From Octopus vulgaris (taxonomy: Eukaryota), in assembly GCA_951406725.2 (NCBI GenBank), contig OX597825.1, forward strand, positions 19,220,001 through 19,284,000: a DNA stretch of 64,000 bases, in the 5' to 3' direction. This document shows, one piece after another, positions 54,544 through 64,000 of the stretch. A program made the translations under genes and the position numbers. Numbering within the stretch: position 1 is the stretch's first letter; each line of letters begins with the position of its first letter. The notes beneath the pieces are model-generated. The model was not told the origin of the DNA, did no database searches, and was given only the letters and a program-made list of their open reading frames with translations.

Positions 54544-55864
54544 TCAAAGCCATGACGCAGGTATATGAGGACCCACGAGGAAAAACAGAGAAAAAGCGAA
54601 AAGGTTGATGCAAAATGTGGTAAGGTGAATAAAAGTGGACAAGAGAATTAAAAAAAATTGGAGTTACGTCCCCTTTGTGTGTTGATGTCCTTATGAAACA
54701 GGTTGCAAGAATATAAGTAAACGGTGTGGGTTCCAATGTCTGCGAGACAACTGTGCAATACGGAGAAGGCGGTTCACCAAAAAAACTTTGTCCATATGTT
54801 TGCACTTGCCGAAAATTAAAGGTCTGGTATTGAGCAATGTACAGGGATTCTTAGATGTAAAATGAATGTGCGATCTTTCAGCTACGCTTATGTTGCATTT
54901 CTAACATTCAATGATATATGGTATGAATTTATAATTCTCCACTCGATTGTACGTGGTATGCAATTGGTCTTCATAATACATACGAGTAAAGCCAACCAAA
55001 TAGCTTTACTTTTATCGATGTGCCGGAAGGAAGGATGGTGGTTCCCATAATATCTTCTGAAATTGGCTTCGCATAAACCGATGCAATTATTCTTTTCAGG
55101 TATGTTATCTTGAAGTGTTATTGTGAGTTGTGTCTCATACATAATGGGGTCTATCATACACGCCCAGTCCCAAGGAAAAGCTGCAGAGTTTTTACAGATA
55201 CAACTGTGTCGGGTGGTTGGTGAGGCTTACGTGTGATATTGTTCTTCAGCGTCTATTAAAAAAATATTCCTGCATTTATGGTTTACGGGGAAATAACTCT
55301 CTAAAGGACATAAAAAGTTCTTGCTATGTTAGGTTTAATATTTGGAGTGAAAGGGTAGGCCTTATTATTTTCGTAGGCCTATTGTTAGGCATCATAGTTT
55401 TAATTAAAGGGTTCTAACATAACTTTGAAATCGTTGTTATGTGAGGAATGTTATATTAGGCAGCTACCTTCTGAAATATTTCCTTAGAAGAGGAGAGAAT
55501 AGAGATCTTATTGATGCTAGCTATCACGTTAATAAGGAATTCTAGGTCAAAACGGACGAAACTCTAATTTGCTTTTTTCAGTTTTGTCCACTCTTTCAAT
55601 TTTTGGGTCAGCTTTCTAATTTTCTCACTTTTCTCTTGACTTTTCATGTACCAGATTTCTGATTTTAAAATGACACAAGTCTTGTCCTCAAAGCCCAGAG
55701 ATGTTTTTCAAGACATAAGGCATGTTAAAAAAACCTCATGCTTTGTAGCAAGAAACTTTTCGTAGCTCTTATTTTTATACAGAGCACATTAATGATATTT
55801 CTCACTGGATGGAGTACACTTTTTTATCTCATCTTAACGGAACAGTGATGTATGTACGTATATA

Positions 55865-55930
<66 letters not shown>

Positions 55931-55937
<7 letters not shown>

Positions 55938-56143
55938 CCCCACACAAAACGAAGAACAGACACATGTAAATAACAACAACGCGATGACGTCGTACATGCA
56001 AGGTATTAGCAGACGCTCAGACCACGGAAGAAAGGTGGTTTTACGTTTCGAGCAAAGCACTTCTTCAGAAACTGGAGACAGAGAAAATGAAGACGGAGGA
56101 AAAATATCGCCAACGATTCACATGTGGTTATATTTTGAAAAGT
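55931..56143 (-). mobile_element. Short Penelope-terminal-repeat-like element (third family) flanked by (TA)n on both sides
   Basis: Minus strand carries a hammerhead core, TGAGCGTCTGCTAATAC and a T-rich end running into (TA)n. Confidence 0.7.
56038..56072 (-). ncRNA. Minimal type-I hammerhead ribozyme, canonical CUGAnGA core
   Basis: Minus strand GTTT-CTGAAGAA-GTGC-TTT-GCTC-GAAACGTA-AAAC: stem I GTTT/AAAC, stem II with one mismatch, palindromic ACGT, GUA triplet. Confidence 0.7.
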
Positions 56144-56344
56144 GATATATATATATATATATATACTGGGAAAAGAATTATATGGTAAACGGACATTATG
56201 TCCAATTTTCGGCATATTTGGCATTAGAAATTTTTTCGTTTGCCCTTATTTATAAGTTGTTTATAAATTAACCTTTAAAGGTATTTTTTAATATGCTGGC
56301 CATTGATAAATTTTTTTTTCGAAAAAAAAAATTTATCCTACATT

Positions 56345-56388
<44 letters not shown>

Positions 56389-56397
56389 TCTTTATCT

Positions 56398-56797
56398 TTC
56401 TTTTATCTTTTACTTGTTTCAGTCATTTGACTGCGGCCATGCTGAAGCACCGCCTTTAGTCGAGCAAATCGACCCCGCGACTTATTTTTTGTAAGCCCAG
56501 TACTTATTCTATCGGTCCCTTTTGCCGAACCGCTAAGTGACGGGGACGTAAACACACCAGCATCGGTTGTCAAGCAATGCTAGGGGGACAAACACACAAA
56601 CACACCCACATACACACACACACACATATATATATACATATATACGACAGGTTTCTTTCAGTTTCCGTCTACCAAATCCACTCACAAGGCATTGGTCGGC
56701 CCGGGGCTATAGCAGAAGACACTTGCCCAAGATGCCACGCAGTGGGACTGAACCCGGAGCCATGTGGTTGGTTAGCAAGCTACTTACCACATAGCCG
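56398..56797 (-). mobile_element. Family-B SINE, full length
   Basis: Reverse complement of the family-B consensus. Confidence 0.9.
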
Positions 56798-57041
56798 CTA
56801 TGTGTGTGTGTGTGTGTGTGTGTTATACCGCTTGTGCATTGCATTATAGGTACAAGCACCCAGCCGTTCATCTACTTCCAATCATTTTATTGTTCTATAT
56901 AATCATCTGAGTGAATAACTGAAAGCCTATCAATGAAATAGACGGCGGAAACACTATTCGTACTTCATCATCCTTGACATTTACTGTAGGCGATATCAAA
57001 CACCTTCAACGGAAATTTTGCGCAGATGTAATGTATCCACA

Positions 57042-57122
<81 letters not shown>

Positions 57123-57316
57123 CTCTCTGTATATATATATATATATATATGTTTATATATATATATACATATATAAACAACAGTTTGACAGTTTGTCTCA
57201 TTGTGTCAGGCTATCTATCGACACATCTATATGATAGATTCATTATATTTTCCGGATTTTTTCAGATCTGTCACTCTGACGCTCTCACCAACTCTCTGCT
57301 TTTCTGTCTATCTCAA

Positions 57317-57358
<42 letters not shown>

Positions 57359-57360
57359 TT

Positions 57361-57407
<47 letters not shown>

Positions 57408-57454
57408 GCGAGGGTGAGTGATTGTGCGTGTGTTTTGTTTGTGTTTGTGCATGT

Positions 57455-57501
<47 letters not shown>

Positions 57502-57526
57502 CACACACGCGCACACATACACACAT

Positions 57527-57572
<46 letters not shown>

Positions 57573-57584
57573 GCGCGCACACAT

Positions 57585-57636
<52 letters not shown>

Positions 57637-57660
57637 CATACATATATTATATACATATGC
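57042..57660. repeat. (TATC)n, (CT)n, (TA)n and higher-order (CA)n(TA)n repeats
   Basis: Read directly from the sequence. A (CA)n(TA)n block recurs three times at about 57455-57632. Confidence 0.9.
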
Positions 57661-57914
57661 ATAGAAAATATTTTACTAATTCCAGCTAATGTTCTGTAGT
57701 TGCCGTATAACTCTGCCATTAATTTATTATCTCCCTCGTCTTCTACTTAATTTTTCAGAATTAGACTGATTGATATATGTTCTAAGTTTTCTTTAACCTT
57801 TCCCAGTTAAACAGTCAATATCCGGTTAAAATAGTTTACCATTTTACGCTCATACCAGCTAGATCTCGCCTCTCACATGTAGCCTACATTGTTATTGTAA
57901 ATATATACAATCAC

Positions 57915-59460
57915 TAAGTTCTAAGTCCCTCTTAAATAAGTCTCCCATTCTATTTCGGTCTGTTGCTAAAACCTTGCTATACTTAACCGATTCTGCTTTG
58001 ATTGCTTTCTTTTGAGTAGAGTAAACCACCATTTGTTGTTGACGATACCTCCCGTCAATGCCCTCTTAACTAATGTGCTAAGCTTGTCTTGTCGGGAAAG
58101 ATGCGTTTAACTTCCAGTAACCGGGATCCTGCCGTTGATTCTTATCTAAGTCGAGCGTACAAGTCACGAATGTTTGGGCTGTGTAGCTGACTATGTGAAA
58201 TTGTGGACAAACTACATTATCCCTATCCACTATCATAAAGAATACTCTATCTAAATACGATCTGGACGACCCGATGCGGTTGCTTCATGCCCACATTGGC
58301 ACATTCGAGTAGTCCAGTCGGTACCCGTCAGAGTCAGAAACGTCTGAGCAGGTCAATAAGGCACTTGCATCCCTTCTTCCTATCTATACCCACATAGTCT
58401 AAATGAATGTTCAAGGTAGCGTCCCGATCCCCCACTAAAATCAATGGTGGAGACGTTCCTAGGAAAATCTCTTGACGAAAGAAAAACGGCCGACCTTATA
58501 AGGATGGTGCATACACTGATATTAGTCGAAAAGCACAGCATTTACTGCCATAGAGATCCAAGAAGACCAGCCTGCCCTTCTGCTATTGGAATACTGCCCT
58601 TCTTTCAGATCCAGACTCTTTCACAAAAGCATCGCAATACCACCACCGCCCATTTTCTGCCGAAGATGGGCTACAGGGTCCGAACATGGGGTTGAAGATT
58701 CTGGTTTCGCTTATGGTTACAATATCTATATTTTGTGACTTGATGTCGTTTAACAGGTAACCTTGTTTCCAAGGCTACTCCAAGCCACGCACATTTATAC
58801 TACATATCTTTAGCATGAATCCAGCAAAAGTTTTGTTTCAGACACAAAACGAAAACAAAAGGTGGGAGAGAAAGGAAGTCACTTACTGTTTCGGAAGTTG
58901 GGAACTTTGTCCTCAGTTTCCGTGAAGAGATTTTTATATAGTTTTGACAGATGTTTTTTAAATATCCCTACTGCATTAGGGTAGAGAGATTTCATTAATT
59001 TACGTGTGTTTTGTGTGGTGTGTTGTATGTTAATGTGTTGTGGAAGGGTTGTGCGTAGGTGGTCGTGTGTTTTGCAACTGCTTTTAGTTCTCGGTGTGCG
59101 ACCTGACGTATTGCATCCGGTTCAAATTGTTTATGTTGATTACGGTAGCACTGTTGGTGCTTGTATATTTATAGTTTGGTGCTGGTGTTGTTGTTATGTC
59201 TGGGTATATTGTTGTTGGGAGTGCTATATCTTCCGGCTTTGTTCAATTGAGTGGTTGTTCTTTTCCTTTGGCTTCTTCCCACTGTGGACATTTACCCTTC
59301 TTCCGTCGCCTTCATCGGACGAGATGTCGGAGGAATCAGAACATGGGAGGGGAAGGGTATTGAGGTAAATTTGTTGGTGTGTTGATATTGTTGCAGTTGT
59401 TAGTTTTGGTTGGTGGTTGTTGGGATGTGATGTGTGGGTAGTTGCGGATGAGGGGTTAGT
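57915..59460 (-). mobile_element. Decayed L1/Tx1-clade LINE fragment (probable ORF1 end plus APE endonuclease)
   Basis: Minus strand reads PLILVGDRDATLN…VPMWA*SNRIGSSRSYLDRVF…HIVSYT…DPGYWKLNASF. These are the GDxN, SRxDR, SDH-region and GYWKLN motifs of L1/Tx1 ORF2. Upstream 59.0-59.46 kb encodes a low-complexity T/Q/S/D-rich ORF1-like stretch. Confidence 0.8.
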
Positions 59461-59602
59461 CTACTGTTATTACACCGACAGAGAAGACGGCAACAGACAA
59501 CAATACCGTACTTTCCAAAGAAATTATTTTTCATAGGTACATTCATGTACTTATTGACGCACAGACAGAAACATACATATAAAGACACAACGAACCACGC
59601 AC

Positions 59603-59645
<43 letters not shown>

Positions 59646-59815
59646 CGCACACACGCCCGCACGCACACACACATATGTGTGTGTGAGTATGTGTATATGT
59701 ATATATATATATATATAACGGGAAGCTTTATGAAAATAGACAAAAGACGAAGGCAGGTGGAAAACAAACGAACAATTGTATTAGTATGGCGCTCAGGAAA
59801 TATAAATAAAACAAG

Positions 59816-59853
59816 TCTTTAACGTTTCGAGCCTACGCTCTTCAACAGAAAGA
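59816..59853 (-). ncRNA. Minimal hammerhead-like ribozyme in the Penelope 3' repeat, variant core
   Basis: Minus strand TCTTT-CTGTTGAA-GAGC-GTAG-GCTC-GAAACGTT-AAAGA. Confidence 0.6.
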
Positions 59854-60025
59854 TACACAGAGAGAAAAAAACACAGAAAGAAGGAGAGAAAAAAAATGCG
59901 TGCAGTAGCTAACGAATCAACATGGCGATCTGATTTCGGCCAGAGGTCAAAGATCAAACAGGAGACGCGAGAGCGAAATAAGGGGAGATAATAGGGTTGA
60001 TAATATGGTTGAAGGACCAGCTAAT

Positions 60026-60365
60026 AGTGCGTAGGAGGGGTCTGGACGTGTGTATGTATAGGGTTGGTGTATGTATTAGAATGTATAAGGGTGTGTGTGT
60101 GTGTGTGTGTGTGTATGAGAGAGTATTAGTGCGTAGGATTGGTGTGGACGTGCGTATGTATGGGGTTGGTGTATGTATTAGTATGTATTAGTATGTATTA
60201 GTACGTATTAGTATGTATAAGTGTGTGTGTGTGTGTGTATGAGAGAGTATAAGTGCGTATGAGGGGTCTGGACGTGTGTATGTATAGGGTTGGTGTATGT
60301 ATTAGTATGTATTAGTATGTATTAGTACGTATTAGTATGTATTAGTTGGTGTATGTATTAGTATG
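60026..60365. repeat. Minisatellite in the Penelope 3' region (three ~100-125 bp units with nested GTATGTATTA and (TG)n)
   Basis: AGTGCGTA.GA..GG..TGGACGTG.GTATGTAT.GGGTTGGTGTATGTATTAG recurs at about 60026, 60128 and 60252. Confidence 0.88.
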
Positions 60366-60407
60366 GCACATCATATATGATATGATGTGTGAAGTCGTGT
60401 GGTGTAG

Positions 60408-60730
60408 TGAGGAGAAGAGGGGGGAGAAAGGGGGAGAAGGGGAGAGGGGGAGGAGAGGGGGAAGATGAGAGGAGGGGGGAGAGAGAGGAGGGGGAGAAGG
60501 AAGGGGATGAGGGGGAGGAAGGAGGAAAGAGGGAGAGGGGGAGTGAGGGAGCAGAGGGAAGGGGAAGAGGGAAGGAGGGAGGGAGAAAGAGGGAAGAAGG
60601 GAAGGGGAGTAGGGGTGAAAGGATGAAGGACTGAAGAAGTAGGGGTCGGGGGGAAAGGATAGGTGAGGAGGGGGAGAGGGGGTTAGATGAGGAGGGGGAG
60701 AGGGGGGTTAGATGAGGAGGGGGGAGAGTT
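60408..60730. repeat. ~320 bp polypurine/polypyrimidine G-rich tract
   Basis: Almost only G and A on the + strand, with many GGG+ runs. Confidence 0.9.
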
Positions 60731-62149
60731 GAGACCAAATGGCGTATAAGAGCGAAGAGAGAAGATTAATTCCTGTTCACGGCGCAAACGGGAATCCGGA
60801 TGGCCTCTGTGTAAGGACAAACCGAACACAGATAGGTGTTGCAAGGACTGACCGGTGGAGCGGAAATGGCGTGAGACCGGTGTGTCGTTCGCAAGGTGGA
60901 TGTCACGAAGGTGTTCCGCGAACCGGTCAGCCAAGCGGCGTCCCGTTTGTCCGATGTACAAGGAATTGCAGAGAGAGCAAGAGATGCAATAGATAATATT
61001 GCTGGAGGTGCAGGTGAAGGAGTGGATGATGGGATAGGGTAGATGGTGGGTGCTAGTGAGGCGGGTGGTGTTGGAGAGGTAAGGGCAAGTGCGGCAACGT
61101 GGGCGGGAGCAGGGGAACGAGCCGGGTTGGGAGGTAGGGTCAGGGAAGGAGCTATGGACCAAAAGGTCTCGAAGGTTGTGGGCTCGTTTGAAAGAGGGGA
61201 GGGGTCGGTTAGGGAAGAGGTGTGAAGTGGACGGGTCGGACTGGAGATGACGGAAAGCTCGAAGAATGGTGCGTTGGAGACGTAGGGTCGTGGGGTGGTA
61301 AGTGAGGGGAAAAGGGAGGCGGGAGACTACAGGGCGGGTTCGGGGAGAGAGAGCAGATACACGGTCCACGGACCGTGCTCTGGCAAGGGCGGTGTGGATA
61401 GTGGTGAGGGGGTATCCACGTAGGGTGAAGTGGTGAGCCATACGTTGAGACTGAGTCTCAAAGTCATGGTCGTCACTACAGAGCCTACGTAGACGGAGGA
61501 ATTGGGAATAGGGGATGGAAAGCTTGGTGTGTTCTGGGTGGGAGGAAGAGAAGTTGAGGTATGAGTGTGAGTCTGTGTGTTTGTAGTGAATGGAGGTGGT
61601 AAGAGTGGAGTGAAGAATGCTAACCGAATTGTCGAGGAAGGAGACAGAGGTGTTGGAGATAGTGGAAGTGAAGTGGAGGGCTGGATGGAAAGATTGGACG
61701 AAAGAGAGGAAGGAATCTAGATGTTCGCGGGAGAGTGAGGTGGCACCGATAATGTCGTCGATGTAACGACCATATAGTTCGGGAGTGGGACCAGTGAAAT
61801 TAGAGAATATTTGGGCCTCAACATAGCCAACGAACAGGTTCGCATAGTTGGGGCCCATTCGCGTTCCCATGGCCACTCCCGAGACCTGATGGTAGAACTC
61901 GCCCGCGAACAAGAAGCAGTTCAGAGTAAGGACAAGTTCGGCCAGATGAATGAGTGTGGAGGTGTCAGGTACAGGGTTAGAGCGGAGGTCAAGAAAGTGT
62001 CGAAGGGCCTGCAGTCCTTCGTGGTGAGGGATAACAGTATAGAGGCTTTGGATGTCCATAGTAAAAAGGATTTTGGAGGAGCCGGGAGGAAAGGAGAAAG
62101 AGTTGAAAAGCCGGAGAGCATGGTTGGTATCGTGGATGTGGGAGGGAAG
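60683..62149 (-). CDS. Penelope-like reverse transcriptase plus GIY-YIG endonuclease (N-terminally truncated; 488 open codons)
   Basis: The frame is open 30 codons upstream of the listed Met (LPSHIHDTNHALRLF…). RT motifs are MDIQSLYTVIP, QVSGVAMGTRMGPNYANLFV, RYIDD and VSFLD. A Cys cluster CSRPRCRTC precedes the endonuclease NIIYCISC..C…YIGQTGRRLADRFAEH…RLRREQELI…GLN. No stops or frameshifts. Confidence 0.96.
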   Translation of the reverse strand, partial: LPSHIHDTNHALRLFNSFSFPPGSSKILFTMDIQSLYTVIPHHEGLQALRHFLDLRSNPVPDTSTLIHLAELVLTLNCFLFAGEFYHQVSGVAMGTRMGPNYANLFVGYVEAQIFSNFTGPTPELYGRYIDDIIGATSLSREHLDSFLSFVQSFHPALHFTSTISNTSVSFLDNSVSILHSTLTTSIHYKHTDSHSYLNFSSSHPEHTKLSIPYSQFLRLRRLCSDDHDFETQSQRMAHHFTLRGYPLTTIHTALARARSVDRVSALSPRTRPVVSRLPFPLTYHPTTLRLQRTILRAFRHLQSDPSTSHLFPNRPLPSFKRAHNLRDLLVHSSFPDPTSQPGSFPCSRPRCRTCPYLSNTTRLTSTHHLPYPIIHSFTCTSSNIIYCISCSLCNSLYIGQTGRRLADRFAEHLRDIHLANDTPVSRHFRSTGQSLQHLSVFGLSLHRGHPDSRLRREQELIFSLRSYTPFGLNSPPSSSNPPLPLLI

Positions 62150-62260
62150 ATATATGTATATGACGCTTTGTTTAATATATTAATTGGTACCTCAATTATT
62201 CCCTAACGGATTTCAAATATAATTACTTAAACAATTATAATTACTCAACAAACATTGACA

Positions 62261-62726
62261 TCTCTTATTATAAAAGGCAGATTTTATCTGCCTCCCTTTG
62301 GGAGTTATAGAAATCTACAATATAGGATTTCTTCAATTACAATTTACCTAGCATTTTTAAGAGTAGAATGCATCGCGTCATGCCAGGTCCAGTTTTTAAA
62401 ATTTAAACTCCAATTAAGCAAAATTTACAGAAAACTCACATTCTGGTGTGTGTGTCAAATGCTTTTCTTAGTCTGGTTTACACCACACGCAAACGCACAC
62501 ACACAGTGGGCAACGAATAAAATGAAAGTAAATAGCGACAGAGTGATTTGAGGAAGACTAAACTGAAAGTATTCTGTCTATGACGCTGATAGATACATGA
62601 GTAAAATGTATGGGAAGCTAAGAGCTAAGAGTGAGTGAAAATGTTTTTGGAAGAGAGTAAATAGCGAGAGAGAGAGAGTGATTTGAGGAAGACTTTACAT
62701 TAAATAACCGTAGTGGCTTGTGTTAG
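62261..62726 (+). mobile_element. Non-autonomous Helitron-like element 1
   Basis: A|TCTCTTATTATAAAAG 5' end, an internal duplication of GTAAATAGCGA…GAGTGATTTGAGGAAGACT, and a candidate TTAG|T 3' end with no clear hairpin. Confidence 0.5.
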
Positions 62727-63007
62727 TAATAAAATAAACATACACTCATACATACATACATACATACATACATACATACATACATACATACATACACACA
62801 CACATACACACACACACACAGTATTGAAGCTTGAGAACAATCAGATACATTTGCAACACATTTGTTGAAAATATTATTGTTCACACACATACATATACAT
62901 ATATACATACAAACAGACAGACAGATAGACACACACACACACACATGATCCAGCATGGCCACAACCTCAAGGCTGAAACATATAAAAGAATAACAGAATA
63001 TAAATGT

Positions 63008-63362
63008 GTGCAAAGTACAAGAAATATTAATGCAGTATATGGGGATTGGACAATAAGCGTAATGCAGTGTCAATGGTGGTTCCAGAAATCCCGAGCCATA
63101 AACTACAGCCTAGAAGACGAGCCTCATCCTCAAAGATCTGTAGAACTCGACAAGGACATCCTGAAAACCCTGGTGGAACAAAATATCATCGTAACTGTTG
63201 AGGAACTAGCAGAGAAGCTTGGATTTGGTCATTCAACCATTCATTGAGACCTGTGTGCTATCGGAAAAGTCAGCAAATTGGGTCAATGGGTTCCTCACGA
63301 ACTTTCCGAGTCCAATTGCATGCAGAGAGTGAATGTATGATTTTCTTTGCTGTCACATCTCA
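63008..63362 (+). mobile_element. mariner transposase relic
   Basis: STRNINAVYGDWTISVMQCQWWFQKSRAINYSLEDEPHPQRS…TVEELAEKLGFGHSTIH*DLCAIGKVSKLGQWVPHEL, containing the diagnostic WVPHEL motif. Confidence 0.9.
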
Positions 63363-63382
63363 CCACTACTGCGCTATGTATA

Positions 63383-64000
63383 TCTATATATATAAAACTG
63401 TAGTTGTGTGAGTGTCTGTCCCCTTCGATTTAGATTCCTAACTACTCCCACATTTTGCGGTGCAGTTTAACCAAATTCGGGTAGCTTATAGTCGTGATTC
63501 ATATCGAGCCCGTCTGAATATTAGCGCTCGTCTACGATGAGTCTACGATTTTAAAAATAATTTAACATCATTTTTTATTCCATTTTAATGCATAATTTTT
63601 CGTGTGTCGATGGCGGCGGAGTTGGCGTCCACGCTCACACCTGCACCTGTGGGGAAGGGAGTGTAAGGAAATCAACGTCGTAATGCGTTGTCAAGGAGAC
63701 CAGTGTTCTTTTAGAACAACGACTTCATGGCTTGAAGTCACCAAAACAGAAATGGCCAAGAAAGCGTCTACATGAGTCTACGATTTAAAAAAAAAATACC
63801 ATCGTTTTTTTTTCCATTTTAATGCATTTTTTCGCTATTATATAAGGGAAGTAACTCTCTAAAAATGTCTACGATGAGTCAACGATTTAAAAAAAAATTT
63901 ACCATCATATTTTTTCCATTTTTAATGCATTTTTTGCTATTTTTTGGCTATAACTCTCTAAAAATGCTTATATAGTTATTTCCCTTACAAACCCGAGCAA
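63383..64000 (+). mobile_element. Non-autonomous Helitron-like element 2 (runs off the window end)
   Basis: A|TCTATATATATAAAACTG 5' end. Three internal repeats GTCTAC(G)ATGAGTC.ACGATTT…CCATTTTAATGCAT lie at about 63529, 63766 and 63868. The window ends in ACCCGAGCAA, which looks like the first arm of a Helitron 3' hairpin. Confidence 0.7.

Larger units (their letters stand above)
59717..62150 (-). mobile_element. 5'-truncated Penelope-like retroelement (Neptune-type)
   Basis: Open RT-GIY-YIG frame, a ~1 kb 3' region and a terminal repeat shared with 37963-38280. The 3' end abuts (TA)n and the truncated 5' end abuts TATATGTATA. Confidence 0.95.

Noticed and set aside
54545-55420. Slightly GC-richer stretch that may be an old LINE remnant
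   Set aside because: I could not recover a convincing protein motif in any frame.
60683-62149. RT ORF as telomerase, retron, group II intron or DGR
   Set aside because: The GVAMG and YIDD motifs with a C-terminal GIY-YIG domain and a hammerhead-bearing terminal repeat identify a Penelope-like element.
60358-62206. ORFs overlapping the Penelope element (60358-60738, 60389-60634, 60739-60996, 61043-61225, 61811-62206)
   Set aside because: They are shadow frames of a GC-skewed ORF and of the polypurine tract.
62831-63247. SETMAR-like host gene
   Set aside because: No SET domain. The ORF fuses microsatellite and SINE-tail sequence to a broken mariner transposase.

Overview
AT-rich, repeat-dense, mostly non-coding animal DNA. 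The SINE families and the extreme (TA)n/(CA)n content point to an octopod cephalopod (Octopus); this is my recognition, not a database result. I found no host protein-coding exon I can defend, and almost all ORFs in the supplied track are microsatellite artefacts. The one intact long reading frame belongs to a 5'-truncated Neptune-type Penelope-like retroelement (RT plus GIY-YIG endonuclease, minus strand, about 59717-62150). Its 3' terminal repeat carries a minimal hammerhead-ribozyme-like fold with a non-canonical core. Three more short, (TA)n-anchored elements (about 38.0, 52.2 and 56.0 kb) carry the same minimal hammerhead architecture with covarying stems and share a downstream TGAGCG..CTAATAC motif. 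This is the most interesting signal in the window. The rest is a fossil record of mobile DNA: at least four tRNA-derived SINE families (one with three interchangeable tails, one amplified into a tandem array, one carrying an internal (TA)n), CR1/L2, Tx1/L1 and Hero-type LINE remnants, mariner, maT and hAT/Buster relics, MITEs, two non-autonomous Helitron-like elements, a mini solo-LTR, local direct duplications and many microsatellites. Boundaries of degenerate repeats are approximate.
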